A stretch of DNA of 64,000 nt from Chloroflexota bacterium (GCA_023382055.1 JAMCQN010000141.1:13613-77612), one strand, 5' to 3'. Positions 52,837 to 62,923 are shown, numbered from the stretch's first letter. Notes: generated by a model from the sequence alone, not told the origin. Made by a program: numbers and translations.

Positions 52837-54782
52837 TCATCGACGACCCAATGGGATTCGCCAACAGAATCCGTATCGGACCATTCCGCCTGCGCGCCCC
52901 GGGCCAGCCCGCGGAATTGCGTCTCGTAGAGGCGCGCATAGATGCCTTTGATCGCCATCAGCTCATGATGATTGCCTTGCTCGACGAGATGACCTTGATC
53001 AAATACGAGGATAAGGTTGGCTGCCAGTATGGTTGACAGGCGGTGCGCAATGACGATGCTGGTGCGGCCGACAAATAACTCATCGAGCGCCTTCTGGATG
53101 TAGGCTTCGCTCTCTGAATCCAGCGATGAAGTCGCCTCATCGAGGACGAGCACGCTGGGATTTTTCAATATCACGCGCGCCAGCGCCACGCGTTGTTTTT
53201 CGCCACCCGAGAGGCGGTAGCCTCTTTCACCCACAATGGTGTCGTAACCCTGCGGCATGCTCATGATGACGTCATGGATATAAGCGGCGCGACAGGCGCT
53301 CTCCAGTTCGGATTGTTGCGCTGCGGGTTTCGCATACAGGAGGTTATTCCGGATGGTATCGTGGAACAGGTATGTCTCCTGCGTCACCAAACCGATGTGT
53401 TCGGAAAGTGTAGCCAGAGTCAGGTTGCGGATATCCTGCCCGTCGAGCGCGACACTGCCTTTCTGTGGCTCATACAGGCGGGGCAGCAGATATGAAATCG
53501 TCGTTTTGCCGGCGCCGCTCGGTCCGACAAGCGCGACCAGTTGCCCAGGCTCGACGCGAAAACTCACGTCGTCGATCGCCCAATAGCGCCCCTTCGCACT
53601 CACCGCCGCGAAGTCGGGGTCAGCACTGTCCTGCGGCGCTATGACGGGTTCAGTTACAGCGGGCAGTTCGCGGTAACTGAATGAGACGTGTGAGAATTCC
53701 ACAGAGCCCTGCAGGCGCGTCAGGTGATGGGCGTCTTTGCGGTCCTTGATGTCAATCGGCAGATCCAGATATTCGAAAACCCGCTCAAAGCTCACCAGCG
53801 ACTGCGCGAGATCGGATTGCAGGTTGGTGAGGCCGACGATAGGCTGATACAGGCGCGTCAAATACGAGATAAAAGCCACGATCGTTCCTATGCTGAGCGC
53901 GCCGATGATAACCAGATAACCGCCCGCCCAGAACAGCACGGCGCTTCCGATTGAACTCACAAGACCGGCGACTACGAAGAACCAGCGCCCAACCAGTGCG
54001 CGACGGATGCCGATATCACGCACGTCGGCGGAGGTGGTTGCAAAACGATCCAGTTCTCTTTTCTGGCGACCGAACACCTTCACCAGCAGCGCGCCGGATA
54101 CGTTCAGCGTCTCGTTGAGCTGGGCGTTCATCCGGCTGTTCAGCTCCATGGCCCTGTGCGATATATCGCGCAGGATCGACGCGGCTCGGCGCGCGGGCAG
54201 ATACAGCAGCGGAAGCACGACCAGCGCTGCAACCGTCAGGCGCCATTCGATGCTCAACATGAGGGCCAGTGTTGATACCAGCGTGAAGACGTTCGACACG
54301 ACCGATACAAGCGTGCTTGTAATCGCGCCCTGCGCGCCGACTACGTCGTTGCTGAAGCGCGACATCATCTCGCCGGTTTTAGTGCGAGTGTAGAAACGCA
54401 GCGACATGCGCTGCATGTGATCGTACATCTCGCAGCGCAGGTCATATATGATGCCTTCGCCGATTTGCGAACTGAACCAGCGTTGTACTGTGCCAATCAG
54501 CGCATCAAGCAGCGGGATGATGATCATTCCCAGCGCCAGCAGGCTCAAGCGCGATACGTCGCGATCCGGTATCGCGTGGTCAATCAAATCGCGGGCAAGC
54601 AGCGGGGGGATCAGATCGATCACGGCGATAATTGCGATGACTCCCAGCATCAGCGCAATGCGGCCGCTGTAGGGCCGTGTGTAGCGCCAGATTCTCAACC
54701 AGGTTTCGCGGCTCATGTTCGGGCGACTGTCCGGCCGCTCGCTCATCATCGACCGCCATGAACCATGCTGCATCGCCTTCAC
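52827..54782 (-). CDS. ABC exporter, fused permease/ATPase (MsbA/multidrug type)
   Basis: A six-TM N-terminal domain is followed by Walker A GPSGAGKTT, signature LSGGEKQR and Walker B LVLDEATS. The true start may be an internal Met. Confidence 0.85.
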   Translation of the reverse strand: MKAMQHGSWRSMMSERPDSRPNMSRETWLRIWRYTRPYSGRIALMLGVIAIIAVIDLIPPLLARDLIDHAIPDRDVSRLSLLALGMIIIPLLDALIGTVQRWFSSQIGEGIIYDLRCEMYDHMQRMSLRFYTRTKTGEMMSRFSNDVVGAQGAITSTLVSVVSNVFTLVSTLALMLSIEWRLTVAALVVLPLLYLPARRAASILRDISHRAMELNSRMNAQLNETLNVSGALLVKVFGRQKRELDRFATTSADVRDIGIRRALVGRWFFVVAGLVSSIGSAVLFWAGGYLVIIGALSIGTIVAFISYLTRLYQPIVGLTNLQSDLAQSLVSFERVFEYLDLPIDIKDRKDAHHLTRLQGSVEFSHVSFSYRELPAVTEPVIAPQDSADPDFAAVSAKGRYWAIDDVSFRVEPGQLVALVGPSGAGKTTISYLLPRLYEPQKGSVALDGQDIRNLTLATLSEHIGLVTQETYLFHDTIRNNLLYAKPAAQQSELESACRAAYIHDVIMSMPQGYDTIVGERGYRLSGGEKQRVALARVILKNPSVLVLDEATSSLDSESEAYIQKALDELFVGRTSIVIAHRLSTILAANLILVFDQGHLVEQGNHHELMAIKGIYARLYETQFRGLARGAQAEWSDTDSVGESHWVVDDRA

Positions 54783-54828
54783 CCCTTTGCTATCCGTCGC
54801 AGCGCATTCGCATCTGTCCTCTGAAATA

Positions 54829-55962
54829 CTACATCAGCCAACGCGCCAGCCAGTCGAAAGCGTCCTGTTGCATCGCGCGGTTGAATTGATGCGGAACATC
54901 ATAGAAGCGCGACTGAAACCGCTCAGGCAGTCCGGCCTTCGCGTAGTTGCGTTCGATCTTGTTGCAGGCGCTTTGCATGCCCTCATAAGTAAAAAGCTCG
55001 TCCCGCGCGCATTCCTGCGCGAAAAACGCGGCGGGCATGCCAATAGAGACAACATCGCTCAGTTCGAAGTTCGCTGCCAATCCCGGCACGAATTGCGCCC
55101 AGGAATGCGAGCGGACATGCATGGGCAAAAGGTCCCTCCAGTTGGTCATCCAGCCGATCGTCACCGCGGCTTTGATGCGCGGGTCGGTTGCCAGCAGGTA
55201 GTTATTCCTGTGACCGCCCATCGATAAACCGAGGCAACCGATGCGCTCGGGATCGACTTCCGGACGCGTCAGGAGGTAATCCACACTCATCCGATCGTCG
55301 TGCGACATGATGCCCAGCCAGGTTGCACCAGCAGCGAAAATGTGGCGGGCGACCACCTCTTCGAAAGCGGAGCACTGTTCGTGATATGCGGATAGCGACT
55401 CGGTCAAGGTGCTGATTCGCGATTGCATGCGTGCGAGCAGGTCAGGGTCAATGGCGCTGAAGTCGATGCGGCGTTCGCCGAAGTAAAACGCATCGATCAC
55501 GACGACGACAAAACCCAATCGCGCGAGTTCGGTGGCGTAAGAACGCCCGGAGTAATAGGTCTCTTTGAAGAGCGTCAGGTCGCTGGCCTCGTGTTCAACC
55601 TGAACAAGCTTTTCCTTGCCGTAGGTATAAAAACCGCCGTGGTCGTGCAATGCAACGATGCCGGGCGCCGGGCGAGTCTGGCGGGCGGGCTTCAGGAGAT
55701 AAGCCGGCACACGCACCCCCGGCGCGCTGCTGAATGTCAGGCTTTCACGGATGACGCCGTCGTGCTGCGCGACCTCCTTGATCTCCGGTGCAAGTGGAAC
55801 CTGTGGCGGCCGGTAGCGCAGCAGTTCCATCAATCGCTTGCGCGCTTCCGACTGCCAGTTCTGCAAATCGGTGTATCGCTCGTTCAGGAAAGATCGTTCC
55901 GGTTTGTTCTGATTGGCGATCAGCTCGATCACAGGATAAAGGTTTCCCAGTGTAGCGGTCAT
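54829..55962 (-). CDS. alpha/beta hydrolase (acetyl-xylan-esterase / dienelactone-hydrolase-like)
   Basis: The GLSMGGH nucleophile elbow (GxSxG) and the VALHDHGG oxyanion-region block are present. There is no signal peptide. Confidence 0.65.
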   Translation of the reverse strand: MTATLGNLYPVIELIANQNKPERSFLNERYTDLQNWQSEARKRLMELLRYRPPQVPLAPEIKEVAQHDGVIRESLTFSSAPGVRVPAYLLKPARQTRPAPGIVALHDHGGFYTYGKEKLVQVEHEASDLTLFKETYYSGRSYATELARLGFVVVVIDAFYFGERRIDFSAIDPDLLARMQSRISTLTESLSAYHEQCSAFEEVVARHIFAAGATWLGIMSHDDRMSVDYLLTRPEVDPERIGCLGLSMGGHRNNYLLATDPRIKAAVTIGWMTNWRDLLPMHVRSHSWAQFVPGLAANFELSDVVSIGMPAAFFAQECARDELFTYEGMQSACNKIERNYAKAGLPERFQSRFYDVPHQFNRAMQQDAFDWLARWLM

Positions 55963-55971
55963 CTTGTGCTC

Positions 55972-58635
55972 CTATTTCACCAGTTTCTTGAGTTCGTACA
56001 GCACGCTCAGTGCCTCCAGGGGACTCATTGCATCAGGATCAATGGATCGCAGCCTGGACAAGGCCGGCGGTTCGGTGATGAACATGGGCAACTGTTCCAC
56101 AGGCCTGAAAGAAGGCATCTGTGTCTGCAGAGTGCCATCCTCAAGCTGTTTGAGTATGTCCTGGGCGCGATGGACCACCGGCGGCGGCAATCCAGCCAAC
56201 TGCGCCACGTGGATGCCGTAAGAACGGTCGGCGCCGCCGGGAATGACCTTGTGCAGGAATACCACTGCGCCGCCTTCCTCACTCACTGCGACATTGAGGT
56301 TGCGGACATGAGGCAACTTGTCGGCGAGTTGGATCAGTTCGTGGTAGTGGGTGGCGAACAACGTCATCGCCCTGCGATCGGGGTGGTTGTGCAGGAATTC
56401 GATCACGCTCCACGCAATCGCCAGGCCGTCATAGGTGCTTGTGCCGCGCCCGATTTCATCAAGGATGACCAGCGAGCGCGGCGTGCAGTGGTGCAGGATA
56501 TTGGCTGCTTCCACCATCTCGACCATGAAGGTGCTCTGCCCGGCAGTTAACTCATCCTGCGCCCCGATGCGCGTGAAGATGCGGTCAACAATCGTTAATG
56601 AAACAGCCTGTGCCGGAACGTAGCTTCCGATTTGAGCCATCAGGCTGATCAGCGCGATCTGCCGCATATACGAACTCTTTCCGCTCATGTTCGGCCCTGT
56701 GATGATCAGGATGCGCGCTTCGCGATCGATTTGTGTGTCGTTGGGCGTATACGGCGTTTCCTTCATCAGTTGCTCGATGACGGGATGCCTTCCCGCGGTG
56801 ATCTGCAACACAGCGTGCTCGTTGAAAACGGGTTTGGTGTAGTTGTTGCGCACTGCGACCTCGGCGAGTGCTGCTGCAACATCCAGTTGCGCGATCCTGT
56901 GCGCGCCTTCCAGAAGCTGGCGCGCATGTGAGGCGATACTGCTGTTGATCTCATTCAACAGGCGCGCTTCGATCTCGGTGATGCGTTCGTCTGCGTTCAA
57001 TATCAGTGTTTCGTATTCTTTGAGTTGCGGCGTAATGTAGCGCTCGGCGTTTGTCAAAGTCTGTTTACGGATGTAATCAGTAGGGACGGAGTCGGCGTTG
57101 GCATGTGTGATCTCGATGTAGTAGCCGAATACCCTGTTGTAGCCGACCTTCAGCGTGCGGATGCCCGTGCGCTCGCGCTCCACGCGCTCCAGGTTTGCCA
57201 CCCATACTTTTGCATCGCGCGCCGCCAGATGCACGCCATCCAGTTCAGCGCTGAATCCAGGCCTGATAAAGCCATCATCGTCGGGTTCATCTTTGATGGC
57301 GGACTCGACCAGTTGCGCGACCGGAGTCAGGTCGGGCAGGTTGAGCCAGTCAGCGGGAAGCGGTGGCGACGTTTTTGCATGGGCGTCTGATGCAGTAGTG
57401 AGTAATGCGGCTATGCTGTTTGCTTGATCGCAGGCTGCCCGCATGTTCAACAGATCCCTCGGCGTCGCCAGACCGCTGCTGACCCGGTTTGTCAGTCGTT
57501 CCAGGTCGGGCATACTTTTTAAGTGTTCGCGAACCTGCGCGCGCAGCAGCGTGTCCATCACCATGACTTCGAGCCGCGCCAAACGCGCCTCGATTGCGCT
57601 CTTGTCAAGAAGCGGTTGTGATACCCATGTTCGAAGCAGGCGGGCGCCCATGGGTGTCTGCGTGCAGTCCAGCACGCCCAGCAATGAACCACGCTTGTCG
57701 CGCGTCCGCAGGCCCTCCGTTAACTCGAGGTTGCGGCGAGTGACGGCATCGAGGCCCATGAACTGCGCCGTCGAATAGACGCGCAGTTCGGCGAGCAGCT
57801 TCAACGCTGCTGGTTGCGTTTCACTCAGGTATGAAAGGATGGCGCCGGCGCTGCGCATCGCCAGCGGCTTATCCTCCAGATCGAAACCGGCCAGCGTGCT
57901 GGTCTTGAAATGATCGATCAACGCCTGGCGGGCATGCTCGTATTGAAATCGATACGCGGGTAAGGGCGTGGGGTGAAGGTTCTCCAGGTACGCCGGCAAA
58001 CCGCTCTGCATGCTTGTCGCGCCGGTCCAGTTCCGGGTCTCCGGCATCAGCAACTCGCGCGGTTGAATGCGGGATAGTTCCCGGTCCAGGTCAATGTCGC
58101 CGTCGATCTGCGTGGCCCGGAATTCCCCGCTGGTGATATCGCAATAGGCAAGACCATAGCTGCTGCCGGAACCGGATGGGCCGTCTGCTCCCTGCTGATA
58201 TCCGGCGCCGGTCTTGATACCGTGTTCCTCTGAGCAGACGGCTGCCAGGTAACTGGCCCTCTCTGCATCCAGCATGCTGGATTCAACGACGGTGCCGGGC
58301 GTCACGACCCGGCGCACTTCGCGAGGTACCAGGCCATTGATTGGCTCGCTGCCCATCTGTTCGGCTATGGCTACGCGGTAGCCGCGCGCGATCAACCGGG
58401 CAATATAGCCGTCCGCGGCGTGGTATGGCACACCGGCCATCGGTACGCGCGTATCCTTGCCGACCGAGCGGCCTGTCAGCACGATATCCAGTTCGCGGGC
58501 GACGAGTTCGGCATCGGCGTCAAACGTCTCATAGAAGTCGCCCAGTCTGAAGAAAACGATGCAGTCAGAATAGCGGCGCTTCAATTCCAGATATTGGCGT
58601 CGGATAGGCGTGGTTTCGTTGGATGCCTGAGACAT
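55972..58635 (-). CDS. mutS: DNA mismatch repair protein MutS
   Basis: TPIRRQYLELK...FYETF mismatch-binding N-terminus, GPNMSGKSSYMRQ Walker A and DEIGRGTSTYDG are present. I chose the ATG at 58635. No mutL gene is adjacent. Confidence 0.9.
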   Translation of the reverse strand: MSQASNETTPIRRQYLELKRRYSDCIVFFRLGDFYETFDADAELVARELDIVLTGRSVGKDTRVPMAGVPYHAADGYIARLIARGYRVAIAEQMGSEPINGLVPREVRRVVTPGTVVESSMLDAERASYLAAVCSEEHGIKTGAGYQQGADGPSGSGSSYGLAYCDITSGEFRATQIDGDIDLDRELSRIQPRELLMPETRNWTGATSMQSGLPAYLENLHPTPLPAYRFQYEHARQALIDHFKTSTLAGFDLEDKPLAMRSAGAILSYLSETQPAALKLLAELRVYSTAQFMGLDAVTRRNLELTEGLRTRDKRGSLLGVLDCTQTPMGARLLRTWVSQPLLDKSAIEARLARLEVMVMDTLLRAQVREHLKSMPDLERLTNRVSSGLATPRDLLNMRAACDQANSIAALLTTASDAHAKTSPPLPADWLNLPDLTPVAQLVESAIKDEPDDDGFIRPGFSAELDGVHLAARDAKVWVANLERVERERTGIRTLKVGYNRVFGYYIEITHANADSVPTDYIRKQTLTNAERYITPQLKEYETLILNADERITEIEARLLNEINSSIASHARQLLEGAHRIAQLDVAAALAEVAVRNNYTKPVFNEHAVLQITAGRHPVIEQLMKETPYTPNDTQIDREARILIITGPNMSGKSSYMRQIALISLMAQIGSYVPAQAVSLTIVDRIFTRIGAQDELTAGQSTFMVEMVEAANILHHCTPRSLVILDEIGRGTSTYDGLAIAWSVIEFLHNHPDRRAMTLFATHYHELIQLADKLPHVRNLNVAVSEEGGAVVFLHKVIPGGADRSYGIHVAQLAGLPPPVVHRAQDILKQLEDGTLQTQMPSFRPVEQLPMFITEPPALSRLRSIDPDAMSPLEALSVLYELKKLVK

Positions 58636-58708
58636 TGGTGACAATGGTACTACGCGCCGGTCTGCTGTTCTGTAGCGCTGCCCAGCCAATAGAGTTGTAT
58701 CGCGATGC

Positions 58709-60127
58709 TTACTTCAGGATGTAATAAGTGCCGCGCTTATCGCCAATCCGCATGATGACGCCGCGCTCCACCATGTCGACGAAGTCCCGGCGCAGTGACT
58801 CTGCGCTCACGTCAGGGCATAACTCCTGGTAGTCCCGGTTGGTTATTCGGCCGCTTTCTTTTATGAAGGCAAGCATCTTCTCGATGCGCGCATTCTGCGC
58901 CGGTGCATGAACGCTATTCTGATCGGCGGACGCCTCGCTTTTGGCATAGAGCGTCACCATGAAACCCGCATCGGTTTCTTCGAACTTCGGCGGCTGGTGT
59001 CCGCGATCTTTCATCGTACGCACCATGCGGTCGATGCCATAGCCAAGACGCTCGATAAAGCCCATGTCGGCCAGCACCTGCACAATTGCTTCATTGCGCG
59101 AGTAGCGCTCGTTCATCAGGTTTTTCAAGGTCACATGGCCGGGCAATCTGCCGGGGCTGCGCACCTCTACGCGGTCGTTGAAAATCAGGATATGAATCTG
59201 GCCGCCCGTTGCCCGGTAATCGCGGTGGGCGATGGCATTCACTACCGCTTCGCGCAGCACGCCAGGCGGATATGGCGCCTGTTCGGTGCGCTGCCAGCCT
59301 GCGATGCGCGACTGTGGTGTGACGTTCTCATTGACGAATAATTCCGCGCGTCTGATCTGTTCCGGCAGTGTATTGCTGATCGTCTGGCGTACAAAAACAT
59401 CATCCATGTTGCCGCCGCTGAAACGCACCGCCAGCACCTCCGCGCCGCGCACCCAACGTTGCGGTTGTTTGCCGAACAGCAGCAGTCCCGCATAAGTGGG
59501 TCTCAATCGTTTGCCCTGGCGTATGACACAACCGCGTCTCAGCAACAGGTCTTCGACAGTGGGTTCGCCCATATTCACGACGTTGCCTGCGTAGGCGCCA
59601 ATCTTAGCCCAGTCAAGGTCGTCCCGGCTGCACCCGCTGGGCGAATGGGCTTCCCACGTTCCTTCGCTGCGCGTCAGCAGCAACTCACGCAATCCGCGCG
59701 CTGTTAACGGCGCTATGCGCGAACCGTTGCGCCCAAGGAACCTGCCGTCGAGACTATACGCGTGCGGCAGACCGCCCGGTATCTCGATAGCCAGAGCCAC
59801 GGCAGGTTCATCCGGCTTTGGCTGTAAAAGATAGGGCAGGGGGATGATCAGATGAGGTTCAGTCGTCAGCGCGGCTTTATAAGCCCGATCGCGAATCTCA
59901 TCCGGCTCTACGGGGCTGCGGCCCCTGGCGTCGATGACCGGGATAATCAACACACCGCCGTGCGCATTCGCGAGAGATACGAGCGAGCGGGCGATACGCT
60001 CGGTAGTGGCTGCGGCCGGGTTCATGATATCGATGCGAGGGCCTGGGCCAGCGTCATAGAGCTTTTTCAAGTCCTCAACAGTTAACATGGCGTCTGCTCG
60101 TAGTAGCGCTGATGCATCTGACAGCAT
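58709..60127 (-). CDS. Schlafen/AlbA_2-domain + HATPase_c_4-like + winged-helix protein (COG2865-type putative regulator)
   Basis: The N-terminal AlbA_2 pattern (...SLVSLANAHGGVLIIPV) is present. The central block reads REAVVNAIAHRDY...DRVEVRSPG...RNEAIVQVL...GYGIDRM. The C-terminus has a wHTH (GRITNRDYQELC...). Confidence 0.7.
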   Translation of the reverse strand: MLSDASALLRADAMLTVEDLKKLYDAGPGPRIDIMNPAAATTERIARSLVSLANAHGGVLIIPVIDARGRSPVEPDEIRDRAYKAALTTEPHLIIPLPYLLQPKPDEPAVALAIEIPGGLPHAYSLDGRFLGRNGSRIAPLTARGLRELLLTRSEGTWEAHSPSGCSRDDLDWAKIGAYAGNVVNMGEPTVEDLLLRRGCVIRQGKRLRPTYAGLLLFGKQPQRWVRGAEVLAVRFSGGNMDDVFVRQTISNTLPEQIRRAELFVNENVTPQSRIAGWQRTEQAPYPPGVLREAVVNAIAHRDYRATGGQIHILIFNDRVEVRSPGRLPGHVTLKNLMNERYSRNEAIVQVLADMGFIERLGYGIDRMVRTMKDRGHQPPKFEETDAGFMVTLYAKSEASADQNSVHAPAQNARIEKMLAFIKESGRITNRDYQELCPDVSAESLRRDFVDMVERGVIMRIGDKRGTYYILK

Positions 60128-60160
60128 GCGTAACTCCGATCCACCTTTTAGCTCATCGCA

Positions 60161-60790
60161 TTACTGTTGTTTCACCGTAAAGGTCGCGATGGTCTTGCTC
60201 TGACGGGCTAGTGTGATGATATCCCCAACCTGCCAGGCAGCGTCGCTGCGGTTCATAAACAAATCCGTCGGGACATCCGCGCCGCTCGTTGTATGCAGGC
60301 TGATAAAACTATCTTTGAACAGAGTCACGTTGCCGAAGGTGTATGTAATACTGCGGCTTGATGAGAGGGTCCAACCTTTCATATTCACCTGGTCGCCCTG
60401 GTTTACGATCACGACAACCTCGCGCTGGCGCTGGCCTACGTTGAGCACGGAGCTGATGCTGACATTACCGGCGCTCTGTGGCGGAGTTGTAGCTGATGGC
60501 ACGACAGCGGTAGTCGGCGCGCTGGTCTCTGTTGCCTTGGGTGCGGGCGCACTGGTTGGCTTGGCTGCAACGGTGTTGGCGGGCGCCTGAGTCTGCGTTG
60601 GCGATACTTGCTGCGTAGGATCAGCCGCAGCAACGGGTACAGGCTGGTCGGTCGGCGCCGCCGCACCCATAGAGTTGGGTATCGGCTGAGCCGTTAGAAC
60701 ACGGACGATCAACAGCGCGGTGACTGTCGACACAACCACATTGACAAGTATGACTATGGCCCACTGTTTACGCGTGAGAGGTGTTGACAT
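60161..60790 (-). CDS. membrane-anchored lamin-tail-domain (LTD) protein with a Pro/Thr/Ala-rich linker
   Basis: It has one N-terminal TM segment (WAIVILVNVVVSTVTALLIV), a PT/A-rich linker, and a C-terminal block (EVVVIVNQGDQVNMKGWTLSS...) resembling an LTD. I chose the ATG at 60790. Confidence 0.5.
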   Translation of the reverse strand: MSTPLTRKQWAIVILVNVVVSTVTALLIVRVLTAQPIPNSMGAAAPTDQPVPVAAADPTQQVSPTQTQAPANTVAAKPTSAPAPKATETSAPTTAVVPSATTPPQSAGNVSISSVLNVGQRQREVVVIVNQGDQVNMKGWTLSSSRSITYTFGNVTLFKDSFISLHTTSGADVPTDLFMNRSDAAWQVGDIITLARQSKTIATFTVKQQ

Positions 60791-60918
60791 TGGTATCGAA
60801 TATATCACCATCGCGCATGACTGGTCAAACACGATGTCATAATGCGGCTTGACCAGCGGATTCTGCTGGCGCCAGGAATGCCATAGCGCACCCAGAACAT
60901 TTGTGCTAAACTGCTGGT

Positions 60919-61854
60919 ATGGGCAAAAATCTAACGCTTCAGGATGGGATTGTTGAATTCGGCAACCATCTGGCAAGGCGTCCCCTGAGCGACAATACCC
61001 GCAAGGCCTTTACCGGCGACGCGCGCATCTTTGCGCGCTTTTTGGAGTCGGCACATGATGGCGCTGAAGGGACGCTAAAGTCCATCGATCTATCCGGTAT
61101 CAATGCCGAACACATCAAAGCCTTTCTGGTCCATCAGGAAAAAGGCGCTGTAGCCAATAGCCCGAAATCGATTGAGCGCCGTCTCACATCGATCAAAGTC
61201 ATGTTCAAGTGGTTTCAGGATGCCGGGTATATGGTCAATGACCCCGCGGCCGGCGTAGCGTATAAGCCCTTTATGGACCCTCTGCCGGAGTATCTCAGTG
61301 ATGCCGAAACGAGCGCGGTGCTTCTAGCGGCGCAGAGTCTGGCGACCGGGGAGCGTCTGGAAATGCGCCCGCTGACTGCAATCATGCTCGTGCTGGACAC
61401 CGGCATCAAGAAAGGGGAATGCCTGGCATTAACTCTGAATGATATCGAGCGTGGACCGGACGGTTATGCGAGTATCTGGATACGATATGAGAAGCAGCGC
61501 CTGTACTTCAAGGATCGCCAGTTGCGCGTCTTCGGTGAATGCCTGCATGTGATCGAGTCTCATATCCAGAGATACGACACGAAAGACCGGTTGTTTGAGT
61601 GTACCGGGCGCAACCTGGAATATCTGTTTAACCGTAAGGTGGCGCCCCCGGCTGGCCTCGACGCGCTGACCTTTGAGATGCTGCGTTGGACATGCGCGGT
61701 GCGCGATTATCGCGAAGCCGTTTTGAGCAGCGAGCAAATGCAGGTCAAGTACGGCTTGTCGACGATTGGCTGGCTGGAGATGGAGGCTAAACTGGCGCGC
61801 CTGACGCGTCAGTCTTACACTGTGAACACTGAATCTGACGCAGATACACCGTAG
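60919..61854 (+). CDS. tyrosine recombinase (XerC/D, phage-integrase) fold protein with a degenerate catalytic set
   Basis: The N-terminal SAM-like core-binding domain (LSDNTRKAFTGDARIFARFL) is present. The C-terminal domain is collinear with XerD but reads DTGIKKGE for ATGLRxSE, FEMLRW for HxLRH, and has no Tyr in the LGHxxxxTTxxY region. Confidence 0.6.
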   Translation: MGKNLTLQDGIVEFGNHLARRPLSDNTRKAFTGDARIFARFLESAHDGAEGTLKSIDLSGINAEHIKAFLVHQEKGAVANSPKSIERRLTSIKVMFKWFQDAGYMVNDPAAGVAYKPFMDPLPEYLSDAETSAVLLAAQSLATGERLEMRPLTAIMLVLDTGIKKGECLALTLNDIERGPDGYASIWIRYEKQRLYFKDRQLRVFGECLHVIESHIQRYDTKDRLFECTGRNLEYLFNRKVAPPAGLDALTFEMLRWTCAVRDYREAVLSSEQMQVKYGLSTIGWLEMEAKLARLTRQSYTVNTESDADTP

Positions 61855-61959
61855 ACGGACTCCCGTAGGTCATTGCCCATCCAGGCTTGCCTGAAATATG
61901 ATAAACGGGTCAGTACGCCTGTTGCTTAAGGTAATTCACCGAGTTAGGGTATCACGGGC

Positions 61960-62844
61960 ATGTTACAACGATGGCGGTCCGGACGGTATGACATCATCAC
62001 CACATCGCGAGATTACGGGTTGATCCTGCTGGGTGCGGTGCTTCAGGCGATTGGGATCGTGGTGTTTCAGGCCCCGGCTGAACTCGCGGCGGGCGGTGTG
62101 AGTGGCCTGGCTGTCATCGCCAACCACCTGATACCGGCTATCCCTATCGGGGCGGTTGTGCTGGTGCTGAACATTCCGCTGCTGGCGCTTGGCATACGAT
62201 CGCTGGGAGGGTGGCGTTTCTTCGTGCGAACGGTTGTCACGGTCATCCTTTACAGCGTGAGCATGCTCATACTGGCGGCTATTGGCGCACAAAGCCTGAC
62301 ACACGACATTGTCCTGAACACGCTCTTTGGAGCGATTATCGGTGGGGCCGGGAGCGGTCTGGTATTCCGTGCCAAGGGAACCACCGGGGGTACCGACATA
62401 CTGACGCTGGTTCTCTCAAAGTGGAAAGGAATACCGCTCAGCCAGGGATATTTGATAACCGATGCGCTGGTGATCCTTGCGGCTGGATTGATCTTCGGAT
62501 GGGAGAAGGCGCTTTATGCCTTGATCGCACTGTACGTATCAGGATTGGTCGCTGAAACCATCGCGGAGGGCGTCGGTATCAACCGTGCCGTCACGGTCAT
62601 TACGACTGAAGCCGATCGTATTGCAGCGGAAGTCTCGACTCATATGGGGCGCGGCGTTACCCGTTGGGCAGCCAATGGCGCTTATACGGGGCTTGAGCGG
62701 CACATCCTCTATATCGTGGTGAGTCGCGCGGAAATATCCATTTTGAATTCGATCATCACCGACATCGACCCACATGCATTTGTCGTGGTTGGACAGGTGC
62801 ATGAAGTCTACGGAGAAGGATTCAAGCAGTTTGAGAGGCGTTGA
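61960..62844 (+). CDS. YitT family membrane protein (DUF2179 C-terminal domain)
   Basis: Five or six TM segments are followed by a soluble C-terminal domain (VTVITTEADRIAAEV...GVTRW...HILYIVVSRAEI). Confidence 0.75.
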   Translation: MLQRWRSGRYDIITTSRDYGLILLGAVLQAIGIVVFQAPAELAAGGVSGLAVIANHLIPAIPIGAVVLVLNIPLLALGIRSLGGWRFFVRTVVTVILYSVSMLILAAIGAQSLTHDIVLNTLFGAIIGGAGSGLVFRAKGTTGGTDILTLVLSKWKGIPLSQGYLITDALVILAAGLIFGWEKALYALIALYVSGLVAETIAEGVGINRAVTVITTEADRIAAEVSTHMGRGVTRWAANGAYTGLERHILYIVVSRAEISILNSIITDIDPHAFVVVGQVHEVYGEGFKQFERR

Positions 62845-62873
62845 AACACTGCGTCATTCGCCGGAAATAAATA

Positions 62874-62902
62874 GCCCCGCTGTGTAAGCGGGGCATTTTG
62901 TT
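62874..62902. terminator. bidirectional rho-independent terminator (YitT gene / ftsH)
   Basis: GCCCCGCT (62874-62881), loop GTGTA, AGCGGGGC (62887-62894), then ATTTTGTT. The minus strand reads TATTTATTT after the hairpin. Confidence 0.8.
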
Positions 62903-62923
62903 CCAAACGAATGAGTGTTGGTG

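Noticed and set aside
52635-53036. Three overlapping plus-strand ORFs (52635-53036, 52679-52951, 52732-52929).
   Set aside because: They are artefacts of the repeat region and of the antisense strand of the ABC exporter 3' end. Their translations are low-complexity, repeat-derived (e.g. ...ESMRESLCA...) and mutually overlapping.
60919-61854. Integrase as a marker of a prophage or integrative element.
   Set aside because: There is no adjacent tRNA, att-like direct repeat, or phage, conjugation or transposase gene. The neighbours are housekeeping genes (mutS, YitT, ftsH), and the catalytic residues appear degenerate.
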